The notes beneath the pieces were generated by a model that saw only the letters and a list, made by a program, of their open reading frames with translations, did not search any database and was not told the origin of the DNA. From assembly GCA_043228905.1 (NCBI GenBank), contig JBHGNT010000001.1, forward strand, positions 29,574,001 to 29,638,000: a DNA stretch of 64,000 nt, given 5' to 3'. Numbering within the stretch: position 1 is the stretch's first letter; each line of letters starts with the position of its first letter. Origin of the DNA: Azolla caroliniana. Lineage: Eukaryota; Plantae; Polypodiophyta. Of this stretch, positions 1 to 12,397 are shown piece by piece. The position numbers and the translations under genes are program-made.

Positions 1-1254
1 TAGTCTGCAAAATTTCACTCTCCCTCGGAATCAGAATCAGAATCAGAAGAACGGACATTCAACCGTAATGGAGAAACAGACTGCAAGTTTTCTATATTTC
101 GCGGGTGCCCCCTCCTCCTCCAACCCCTTTTGGCTTTCCTTATTTCTGTCCGATGCCCTTCCTCGGACCTCAACCCCTACACCGTTATCATTTCATCCCT
201 TACTTCAGAAAAACACATGGAAATTTGAAGTGACCAAGATTAGTCGCTCGTTACCGTTCCAATGATAAGCGGTAGAATATCCATCCGCGCATAGTTTGAT
301 CGGAACAATAATCGGGACTGCAGTCGGATAATGGGATGTCTTGACCGCGCAATCGACTATGTAGACGAGATAGATGAGTAATCGACTTTACTTGTGCCAA
401 ACTTTGGCCCAAGAAGGTTTTTCCTTCATGTACAAAGCACTCGACCTTTCGATACTCTAGCTTCAACAAGTCTAGACATTCTCTACTCTTCATCTTAGTT
501 TATTGCCTTGTGGTTGGCATCTAGTTCATGGCTTTCGGTATAAGCTACATGGCATTAACTTGAATGGGTTTTAACTTTTACCAATTTCTGGTTGACAACC
601 AAGGTTGTGTTAGTAACACTTGGGTTGATATCATATACATTTTTCTTCTCTCCTTTCTGACATAAAATGAATTTAAAATTTTCATTCAAAACATTGATTA
701 TCGTATGACGAGTTGGTCCATAACTCTTCATGGAATTTTTCTATGCTCTCTTGAAATCGTAAATGGTATGTATTTCAATTAGACCGATTATAATGTGCAC
801 AACTTTCTTGATGATGAATCTACACAAAAATATGTGGAAAGATGTGTGTTATTGTCCATGGGTTGAATTTGGGTTCACTAATATATATGTGTGAAAAACT
901 CAATGCATGACAATAACGTGGTTGTAGAAAGTGTGCTATTGGAGAGTAGTATACAATTTTCATAAAAAAAACAGTGCCCAACATTTTTATCTATTGTTTC
1001 CACACTTGCACTATGAGTTTAACCATACCTTTAAAATACAATTCCAAAGTCTTATGTCTCAAACAAAGCATGTTAGATATGTCTACAATACTTAAAAATC
1101 TGCATGGAAATCCCCAACAATATATTCATGTCCATGTATGTTCAGGGAAACCCTCATTGAACTCGACATCATACAATTTTAGCTTTATAGGATATCTCGT
1201 AAACAAACGGCAAGATGTACCAGGGTATTTTCAGCAAACAAACGGCCTCCATCA

Positions 1255-1620
1255 GAATCTATTAAGTTAATATGGCACACATTAATAACTACATTGAGGG
1301 CCCATATATGAGCGGATTGATGGAACACATGATGCTTCAAAATTAATGAGGCTGAATTTCAGAAAACGATGGTGTACTACATCGATGGCTATAGAAATTG
1401 GAGTGGATATACAGTGGTAGTACGTAGTACCGAGATGGTTGTTCTCCCCTCCCATTAGATGATATGAGAAACATGGAGAACAAACATGTGGGCTATTGAG
1501 TGTAAGATAAATAAGTGAGGTAGCCCATGTGGAAGTAGATAATGACTAAAGTTGTGTATTGTATGTCATTTTAACTAATGGGGTATATTCTTATTTGGAA
1601 AAAGAAAAAGAAAACAAAAG
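1255..1620 (+). mobile_element. 3'-terminal fragment of an L1-type LINE (same family as 4690-6530)
   Basis: 1272-1460 encodes a decayed WHTLITTLRA..ERIDGT..LMRLNFRKRWCTT..PRWLFSPP matching the C-terminus of ORF 4888..5208. The 3' tail ttttaactaatgg..tat.tctt matches the other copy and is followed by an A-rich tract near 1600-1620. Confidence 0.8.
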
Positions 1621-2967
1621 AATACACATGTGATTCCCTGATTTATACATAAGCCATATTGTATAGTCTTTCTGTAAAAATCTCTTCTAACTAATGGGAA
1701 AGTAGCTCCTTTTTGGGAAATAAAAATATAAATCTGAATTGCATGTAGAAATTTTGTGAGTTAAGTCACAAGAAATAAACAATATGCATACTCTAGAGTC
1801 TAGACTTAATTCATTGCTTCGATCATCTACAATATTCTAACACCTTGAATTATCTAACATAGCTTCACATTTGCATGCAATTAAGCGATTTAGTGGTACA
1901 AAAATGTGACGTGCATTAATTATGGAACTTGGTTTTTTATGATCGAGTAATAATATTATTCAGGGCATTATCATGTATTTCGCATTGTATAATGAATGTA
2001 ATAAAAACCCGAAACCCTTGCAAGGTTTTGGAAAGTGAAATGTAAAGTAATTCTTTACGGAGAGAATTACTATTACCATAATCAAACATGTGAATTATAA
2101 CTCAACTCGTAATTAACTTTCCAAGATTGAATCACAACCCAAATGTTGACCACTTAACATAGGGCCAATATTGGAATATCTCAAATGATCTACTCCACTA
2201 CTCATTCGTAGGAAGAATGCTAAAATCCATTCTAATTCAAAATGTTTTGTCAATGCCAAAACCAAATGTATGATATAAGTTATAACCATCATAGTGTGTA
2301 TTATAAGGCTATAGCCAAGTTAAATATCTATTTATTGCACAAGAAGATGATGAACTATTTATGGCATATTCTTGATAATAATAGGTCAAGTTTGATGTTT
2401 CTGAAGTTCAAGAACTTTGCCAACCAATTTCCCATTTCTTCTAGAGTGTGTGTCTTTCTTCCACATAGCATGAAAAACCGATGAATCCATGGTCAATCAA
2501 GTTGTCATTCTCTTGCATTTGGATACATTTTATTTATAAAAATGTAAGAGCATGAGAGTGTGAGAAAATAATTTGTGGATCGTGACTTTTTTGGACACCT
2601 ATACAACATGTTGGTATATTTTAATTTGGTTGAGTTTTTTAAACTAAAAACTTCTTCTTTTTTCCAAAGAACTAAGAACTAAGAACTTCTTCTTTTTTTC
2701 CAAAAAAAATCTACTTCCCTTAGTTAATAAAAAGTACATATCTAAGGATAATATACAACTCATATGTTACAAGCCACTTTGCATGGCTACAAGAAAACAA
2801 CATGTATAAATGAAGCAACAAAGCCTCAACAATCCCCACAACATGAGCCTCACACAACCCACATTAAGCAAATAACTATTATGTGGCAATATTCCAACCA
2901 TAAATCTAAATTTAGTGACACAATTGTTTCTAATTTATTCATTCCATTCACAAAGTAAACCAAATAT

Positions 2968-3954
2968 TGGCTGATCAAGGTAAATTCCAACCTAGCACCG
3001 AGAAATGATCAAGGTTTAGACAAGAGGACAGAGAAATGATCCTAGCACCGAGAAGGCCACTTATAGTTGACTCTTTTTCAATTGATGAGTACATTTATGA
3101 TGGTGGAGGTGGGTCTATAGGCCTGCAGAACGATGATGGAACAACTCTTCACAAGTCACAAGATGCCTCCGGGGCCTTCTATTCTTATAGGTAGTGGAAA
3201 GTACTTAAGATCCAACAAGGTCACAATTTAGTCAGGAGAGCTTATTCAGTCATGCATCTTGCTTGGGATTAACAATCACTATTCTGTTCTCGAGGACGAT
3301 GGAGTTATCTTCCAACCATATTCTTTTGTTTTAGATGATAAAATCAAGAACCAAAAGGCTGTGCAAATGGAATACTCTATAAAACATATGATGTTGGACC
3401 TTCAAGCAATTGGATTGTAGCTAATATTTATGATAGTGGAAGTCAATATCAAAGGCCACATGTGATAAAGAGGCATATTTGTGCTAAAGTGGATGCCTTC
3501 TCAATGTTTATTTTGAAGGGTAGTGATATGGAACTAAGTGCTAAATTAAAAAGCCTATCACTAGATGCAAGCAGCAGGCTTTGTGTGATTGAACCATCGA
3601 AAAGGCGGGATACTCGGAGATGTTGTTTATATGTTGAGTATGGTCTTCAGTACATGCGAAACAAAATGCGAACATGAAGTTTTCAAACTACCAGCCAGGG
3701 TGGACAACCATGTTGGAGATTGTTTTCACCTTTATATGTGGTCTTCTAGCTCGACGTAGCAAAGGTGTTATTGGCAAGGCTGAGAGTTGTATTCATGGAT
3801 TATAATTATCATTATCTTGCCAAATGCCAAAGCTTATATTTGGTCTAGTTTTGGATAATATATATTTGTGGAGATGAAACAATATTATGTACTATTTGTA
3901 TACTGCCTCTAGCCTTTTATTAATACCAATGGAGCATATGTTTTATAGAAAAAA
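2968..3954 (+). mobile_element. 5'-truncated non-LTR retrotransposon (LINE) copy with poly(A) and 16-bp TSD
   Basis: AAAGTAAACCAAATAT occurs at 2952-2967 and 3955-3970. The insert ends in an A-run (~3949-3957) that merges into the TSD, and the interior looks like decayed coding sequence. Confidence 0.75.
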
Positions 3955-4689
3955 AAAGTAAACCAAATATAATAATAGATTATAAATAGGACTTTGATAA
4001 ACATTCAAATAGACACAAAGAAGCATATTTGGATAAAAAGGATTTGTTGCTCTCCTTTAAGCCGACATTGGTCTTTTAGACTTCACAACAATGTCTACCA
4101 TCTTGGATGCTTCGTGACGGGTAAAGAGCACATGATTCAAACCATGTTTTGATGATCGCATCCAAAAACTACAAATCTATTTTATCTTATAAGTTGAATG
4201 TGATTGATACACACGTATTGATTCCACATAATACATCTTGCTTCCAAATATTTGTAATATTGCAATTTTTCTAAAATTGAGCATGAGTACTCAAAAGCAC
4301 TATCATGATCTTTGCTCAAATGTCAATTTCCAAGCCCTCTGTCTAGCTACAAGCAAACAATTGAACAACTTGATGAAAATTTAGTTCGGCATGTTTGTAT
4401 CAAGCTATTTTGTGCTCATTGTCAATTGATACGATGCCACATGTTAAATTTAACATGCCATTGAAGTTGCTTGCGTGGCTTGTCTACGATCACTTACATT
4501 AATGTGTATAGCAAAACACAAATTTATAGCGTACATATGTAAGTGGGATGTAAGTCGACCACAATGCTTCCCTCTTCTTTACCTTTATAGAATATCGTAT
4601 AATATGAAAAAAATCGTATATAGAATATTTTGGAAATGTAGACACGATAAATATATTCTAATAGACTAGCCATGAAAGGTAAAGAAGGG

Positions 4690-6530
4690 GGAAAAAAGAG
4701 TATAATCCATTAGTTAAAATATACACAAACTCGATCCCTTTCTCGAGTAGGCCATGCCAAGACTATCCTATCCTACATAAGAGATCTCGCTTATTTATCT
4801 TACACTTTCACATATGTCTCTAGCCATCCTTTCATACACTTCACCGACATTCACTATCCCACATGCCATGTCTTTCACGCCCCTCGTTCAACTATTGGGA
4901 GGGGGGAACAACCATCTGGGTATTTCATACTTCCATAGTATATCCATTCCATTTGCTGCAGCCATCGGTGTAGTACACCATCGCTTTTGAAAATTCAACC
5001 TCATTAGTTCTGCAACATCATCAGTACCATCAATCCGCTCATATTGAGCTCTTAGTGTAGTTATTAATGTGTGCCAGATAAGCTTAATCGATTCAGCTGG
5101 AGAGCGTTTGTGTGTTGAAAATACCCTGGTACACCTTGATGTCCATATACACCATATAGTAATGGGGGCAAGCAACGTCCAAAGATCTCTAAGTTTGATT
5201 CTGTGCACAAGCTGTAGGTACCCTGTTGTTAGTGATCAACCGAACAATGTCATTCTCCCATCTGTACTGAGCATTGCATGTGATATCGTATTTCGCCACA
5301 TCATCCTCAAGACAAATCCAGCAAGCATGTCCCCAGTCGAGGGTGAACGAACTAGAGGCATGGCAAAGCAAACGTAGTGCCCTTCACCATATAGCCACTG
5401 CCTCACGACATTCCCATAGACAATGGGAAATGCTTTATATCTATCCACATGCAATACATCTAGGGTCTACATTGGGGCCTTTACCCCAAGTCCCTACCGA
5501 CAAGGCTCTATGTGCAATAAGCCATAAGCACGTCATTATCTTGCGGTCATATCTATCATGCCATATCATTTTCCAGAATTTATCTAGTCTCATTTCACTA
5601 ATGCCCTCCTGTATCCAAAATTTCTTTGCCGCAATCTTGTCGTGTTCTTGTTCTAGAATAATTTGCCTCCCAATCCTCGTGTTATACCTGAAAAATTGAA
5701 CCAACTTTTCCCCATCAGTTTGTCCTTGTGTTCTCCAAAAATACATCGTTGGGTCCCATGATAATTGATCCAAATGCCCTTCTACATGCCAACACATTGT
5801 CGCCGGTGTGATATCCCTTGGCTTAGGGTCAATAATCATATTCTTGCCATTTTTTGCAATCGGCCTAATTGGCCTTTCTCTTTGAAAGGCTGATTGCTCA
5901 ACTCTTACCATTCTGTGCTCTAGTTTGTAGTAGCATACCTCATTTGATTCTACTTTCATTCCCTCAATGCCAATTAAAACAATTTTCAGCATCTATAAGT
6001 CCTGTCCACACAATTTCAGAGGTTGTTACTTCTTCCTCTTCCAAGGTATTCCTATAGCATGCAATAACATCTGTAATTCTCTTGAGCATGCCTTTACCCC
6101 TGCTTATTCTCCATATTCTAGCCTTTTGAGTGCCCACCTCATTGGACAAAAACCTCTCCCACTCCACTAATGCATTCCCTTGGGCATTGATTAACTCAGC
6201 CCATTTGAAATCGGCTTTTTGTCCTATCATCAACCCATCCACATCTCTAATCAATGGGTTCCACACAATTGGCATGCACATCCGCGCATATGCATCATTT
6301 CTCCACCTACATGTGATCCCCTTTCTGATTTCTTGCCATGCTTTCATAATTCCAATAGCACAAAGACTTTGCATACTTCCCCAATATTTGGGTCTCATTT
6401 ATGGCACAAAGCCCCAAAATGGGTTGCTTGGCCAACGTCCACCTTGTCTCAGCAACCACATCTTCCATCTACGTTGCCATAGAACTTTCCAAGGTGCCTC
6501 AGGAGGTTGTAGGCTCCTTGCATACTGAAT
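4690..6530 (-). mobile_element. 5'-truncated, frameshifted L1-type LINE (ORF2 C-terminal region with zf-RVT)
   Basis: ORFs 5964..6398, 5441..5992 and 4888..5208 carry FWKMIW, CLWLIAHRALSVG, CIACG and IWCIWTSRC motifs typical of plant L1 zf-RVT/C-termini. The 3' UTR ends near 4690. Confidence 0.85.
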
Positions 6531-6691
6531 GGAGTGTGACAAACATATAATTTAGAGCATGTTTCACGTAAGAGTTCATCCAATTGTATTTCTTCTTGGA
6601 ATTTGTAAGTTCGAATGTGAATAACACACTAAAATGAATCTCCATTGCATTTTTTCTAATGATATGTCATATTCCCGTATCATTGAATTTA

Positions 6692-6974
6692 GGGAAAAGT
6701 ACCAGGATACCCCTGGAAGTTCCAAATTTACCAAATTAATCCTATGTCCAAAACAATACACTTTATAAAGTAATTATACACTCAAATCTACAAGCCCTAT
6801 TTGCCAAAGATGGAAGAAATGGACCCGAACTAGCCCTATTTACCAAAGATTTGAGTGTATAATTACTTTATAAAGTGTATTTTTTTGGACATAGGGGTAG
6901 TTTGGTAAATTTGGAACTTCTAGGGGCATTCTGGTAAATAGACGAACTTCCATGGGTATCCTGGTACTTTTCCC
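6692..6974. mobile_element. Mutator-like MITE (283 bp) with ~100-bp TIRs and 9-bp TSD
   Basis: Termini GGGAAAAGTACCAGGATACCC / GGGTATCCTGGTACTTTTCCC. The inverted repeat continues to ~6789 and ~6847. TTGAATTTA is duplicated at 6683-6691 and 6975-6983. Confidence 0.9.
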
Positions 6975-8584
6975 TTGAATTTATCATAGGATAATATGTA
7001 TACACAAAGTGTGATCATATTTGGGTATAATTATGGCCATATTTGAATGGTAGCTTGACCATATGTGGGTATTAACATAAGTAGACAACTCATCAATGTG
7101 TCCTTCGCGAGAGTTACACACCAATTTCATGTCAAAAGTATTTGGTCCACTAAACCATTTATACACCCATACGATGTCTTGGAGAAACAACATTGTGTTT
7201 ACATGTTGACAATAAAGAATTAGGCAACGTATTGCTCATGAAGCTAATATAATGTTTATGTTTTTGAATACACTTTATGTGTTCATTAATACATTGTTTC
7301 ACAATTTTAGCTTTGCTTCAGTAAATGCAATTTTTAATATGCGTTCATAGGCTAGATGTGAGACTTCCAGTATTTCACATACATAATTAAAAGTGTCATG
7401 TAGAAACCAAGCTTTTTTTGTTATGGGGTGGCCCATGTAAACATTTGGACATTCCAAGCTGCTTGCAATGAATCAAGTAATTACATAACATATATTATCA
7501 CCCAAACACTTCACTATTTAATATAATTCAAACAACTACGGAATGAGAATAACAAAAGATTCCTACACCATTTGGCGACAAAATGGTTGTCTCATTTAGT
7601 GTTCATGATTTGACTCTACACCTTACCAGGAGACACATGTGCCCAATTGTTATGACTGTTAATGATAATTCATACCCTACTCCCCTTCACCTATGACTTT
7701 ACCTAAATGCGTTGAAGTGGGGAGGTTTGGGCAATATATGCTTGGTGTCTCGTTTCAAGGTGAAATGAATAAGACTAGATATACTTAACATGGTAATTCT
7801 GTAAGATTCAGGAATAATAATTCCCCCTCTTCAAATGACTTTAATTAATGAATATGTAAATGACTTTAACACATTAGACCCAACTATCAAATCCCATATG
7901 ACTAGTATGTTTATCTCAATGACATAGTTTGTATTTTTTATTTTGAAGATAATTGTACATTAATATTGAATATGTTTCATATGTACTAGGGCCCATTTTT
8001 ATAAAGTGCGCATTTTCAAACATGAATTGAACTTGGATTTAGTATTTTTTATCGTATCTTTATATTCATACCTTGAGTCAAATAGCACTGCTCCTTAAGG
8101 ATCTTGAGCTAATGGACTTTGTCCCATCATCAAAGTCAAGATTGTGCAGTGTTCCAAAAAGAGGCAATGATCGATGTGACTTTAAAGAAAATATTCCATT
8201 ATTTCTCTCATGAATGGGGTCTTAGAGATTATCGATTTTATGTCCAATGAATAAACTTTACTCTTAAGTGTTGATCCATCTTATACTAATATAACAATAT
8301 TTTCATTGAGCGTGAAAAGTATAGCCTTATTTCTAAAGCATTTCCTATCTATACAAAAGTTGTTCACACCTAAAATTGCACTAAGTGTCACGACGCATAG
8401 GTATGCATAATCATGTAAGCATCTTTGTTTTTATTTCATTGATAGATCATATATAGTATACGATGCATAGGGTTAGGTTGATTTCATTCTTCCTAACAAG
8501 ACAACAACAATTTAAAATTCATGCCTTGCACTTATGGTGCTAACATTCATTTATTTGCTATCGATTGTGACTTTTCGACAAATT

Positions 8585-8745
8585 AATTGTTTATGATTTA
8601 GTGGTTTTTTTCCCAAAAAAAAATCTTTATCTATAGAGATAGAGTTCCATTTGCCAAGTTCCCCAAATCAATTGTTTATGATTTAGTGGGTTCTTTTAAA
8701 AAATTACTATTTATTTTGTTGAGATAGAGTTCCATTCACCAGGTT
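8585..8745. repeat. Degenerate tandem duplication, ~85-bp unit x2
   Basis: aattgtttatgatttagtgg...gagatagagttccatt occurs twice (from ~8585 and ~8670). Confidence 0.7.
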
Positions 8746-11733
8746 CAATGCCCTTTAATACGGCATGATTTCTTATATTTACCAAATTAACTATGCAACA
8801 AGGGGTAAGAATAGCCAACGAAAATCTTTGGAGCAACCCTATTGGCTGCCACGTTCTTGTAACTTGAATGAAATTGAGTAATCAAGTGTAGTGCACTTAT
8901 ACATTGAAGGTATGTATTAGAAGTGCATGATATTTCCTCAAGCAGTATATTGCCAAATATTTATGGCCTCCCAAATGATAAAATATTTCACAAACTCACA
9001 ATGAAAGACATTTTTCTTTGATCATGTGTGCAATGAAAATGGTTTGACACTTGTCTAATCATAGGACATCAACAAACATTTGCAATAAGAAGCATAATGT
9101 ATGACCCCCAAACTTTTTACAATTGATATGGCTTCAAGGTGATTGAATAATCTGGGCATTATGGTACATGGGTGAAGAGAAGTGGAAAGCCCCATTAATA
9201 AAGTGGGTCTATTATTATGAATATACCAAGTTGAGTAATTCCCTTGAGTTGTGTTGTGAATAAAATTCCTTCTGCATTATTTTAGACGTGTTTGTATCAA
9301 GTACTACCAGCATTTTATTTTAGTTGGGAAGTATTGTGCATACCATTTCTCAAGACATAAGGGTGACAAAAGGAACCTTTAAATTCTCAGCCAGTTTTCT
9401 AAGTGATTGTCAAATGACCCTAAGAAATGATGCACCTTCTTTGACCATATATCTTTCTTTTTTTCAGAATATTTATGCATGCAATTCTCTTAAGATGCTT
9501 TGTAAACAAAATCTTTTGCATTATTTCAAATGCGTTTGTACCATGTACTACCAACATTTCATCTTAGTTGGCAAGTATTCATTTCTCTAGCCAATGGTTG
9601 TGAGTGGTGAAGGACCCTAACAAACAATATACCTTCTTAGATCATATGTCACATTTCAGAATATTTATGCATGCATAGCCAATAATTCAACATTTGGTAG
9701 ATAGACATAATCTATTCCATACATACAATAGATTGTCTTCCATTTTCTAGTATGCATAGTGAATGTAAGATAAAACACCCCCCCCCCCTACACATTTTCT
9801 CTATTGGCTCTTATTAAATAAATCTTTGAATGAGCAATTGCATTCTAAGTTCTTGAAGATACTATTCATAAAGTTTTTAAACCTTTAGAAAACTACAATC
9901 TCACATCTCAAGTTTTTTAAAGCATTCTAAGTCGATCCTCGTTTCTTCCTCTAACAAAATTGTGTGTGTATGCTATTTTGTTTCCTATAGAGTTGTTTAT
10001 GCTATGTATGTTCATCAATTGTCACTCCTACAACATATTTCCATAAAAGTTTATCCACAACAACATATCAAATTTCAACTCATAAAAAACTATATTAACA
10101 TCCTTCACTTTTATATTATGAAATAAGTTATTACCAACTAATCAGTCTATGACTTACAAGATAAATTAAAATAAGAAGAGCTAGTAAGCTCCAAAATCCT
10201 TTTAGTGACTAATAGGTAGCTTCAAATAAGATACATATGTTAGAGTTTGAGCAATGGAGAAAAGGTAATACCCAAGCTAAATATATAACTTTCCTATGAA
10301 TGTTTGTTGGGGATGAGTGACATTTACCAACTAGAGGGTTAATGTACCACAAACCTCTCAAAAATAACACGTGACACTAACGAAAAGAGGCAAACTACAT
10401 CGCATTGCAAGTCTCGTGGTTGCAACAACATTTAAACTTGTGTACCTTTGATTGCATATTCAAATTGATCTCGCTTGGTTAAATATTCATTATTATCTCG
10501 CCGGTCTTAATGTCATCGCATTTATGTTCTTAATTAAAGATTCTCCATAGCAACCACAAGGTTCGAAATTGAAACTCGCTTATAGTGCATATATTTAACA
10601 TTGTAAAGGAACCACACGTAGTTGCAATCGAGCTTGCGGTTCGTGGACATGGGCATAATTGAATCAATCCCATCTTATCGAAGAACCTTGGAATAGAGGT
10701 AATTAAGTAATAGATTTCTATCATTATAATATGAACCAATGCATGTGGTTTATTAAAATTACTACATTTGCTCAAGGCTTATTAGAGGACATACAATTTA
10801 TAATCATGCCTCTTAGAATAGAAATACATCAATCCAATGTTAATACGTAAGCATGTCCTATCCACTCTGAAGTAAATTTGTAAAGCCATATTTGAAGGAG
10901 AAACTATAAGCTTGCATGTTGTTGGGTAAGATGAAATTGTGATTTCTAAAAAGGAAATTCAATGCCATGTTTTATGAAGAAACCAAACATATGAAACTTT
11001 GCTATGACAATTAACAATCTAGGTTGTAAATAATGTTGTTCTCGTAATACGTCACACATTGTTTGCAATTAGGATTCTATTTTTTATTTTCAAATATTGT
11101 TTTAATGATTTGGCATCCACGAATGACAACCATTTGCAACCTTACCCATGTTTATAGTAAGCTCTTTGGATGATGTGATCCACTCGCAATGACCGGATAT
11201 TTGCTCACTCTTGCATTTGATCCTTATTGACATTTTCAAAACTCCCTACAAAAATCCTTTGTATGCTTACATGTTCCTAGGACACTGACTTGCACATCTA
11301 TGTCTCTTCTTTTGATACCTTTTTATGTCATTGCCTTTTCAAAATTCTTTGTGGGTTTTTGCTGCAAATTGAGGGTAGAAAACAAATGTGTATGAGCATA
11401 TATGTATGCCTAGCATATTACTAGAAAACAAGTGTGTGTATCTACAAACAACCGAACATGTTTATGTACATGGTAATGGGAGTAAAATGATAAATTCAAT
11501 TATTTGATACCCATGGATCAACAAATCCAAGTCCTTTCCACCCATGATCGATTCTCATGAATTGTGGTGTTCATTTTCCACTTTACTTTCTTCTAGGAGC
11601 TAGTTATCGATATAAATTAATGACATTACTTTTCTCAAAGTTAAAATGGAACGAAAGAAGGAAAAGAAAAGGTGGTGAGATGAAGACAAAGTTATATCAA
11701 TGTGTGACCACATCAAAGAGCTTTCATATATAC

Positions 11734-11740
<7 letters not shown>

Positions 11741-11784
<44 letters not shown>

Positions 11785-11808
11785 ACAATATACACACACA
11801 CACACACA
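11741..11808. repeat. (TG)20 followed by (CA)n microsatellite upstream of the NPF start codon
   Basis: Read directly from the sequence. Confidence 0.9.
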
Positions 11809-11903
11809 TGCAATGAAACTTCATGTATATAACTCATGAAGAGACAAATATAACTCAAGAGTTAAACTTTGTTCCAAAGACTTTAATTAATATATGTGTG
11901 ACT

Positions 11904-12347
11904 ATGATGGATCTTGAGAAGGCAATTGATCATCAAGCAATTAGCTCTCACCATGTTAATAATGATCTCAACTCCGCCCGCTACATCAACAAAGGAGGAT
12001 GGAAGGCATCTTGCTTAATCCTAAGTTAGCCTAACTTCCTCTCCATTCATTCATTCATTTACATTTACCATGAAGTAATTGAACTCTCCAATCATCATTA
12101 AATTTGCTCATGTAACTATGTTTTCAATTACATAAGCACTCCAATTAATCTCTCACCCCACACTTTCCCCCCAACCCCCCACATAATCATCGTTCATATG
12201 TCAATATGCTTTTCCAATGTTAAGTTTCACCACCTTGTCTATGCATGTTTTTTGCAACAGATAGAATCGGGTGTTGATACTAGACCTTATCCTGAGTAGT
12301 TGTTGCCTTCATAGGCTTGGACCTAGATCATATACATATTGGTGGCT

Positions 12348-12397
<50 letters not shown>

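Noticed and set aside
1-530. Coding-like minus-strand stretch (ORF 251..493 and an acidic SDSDSDSE tail)
   Set aside because: No recognisable domain and interrupted frames. It may be a transposon remnant, but I cannot support a call.
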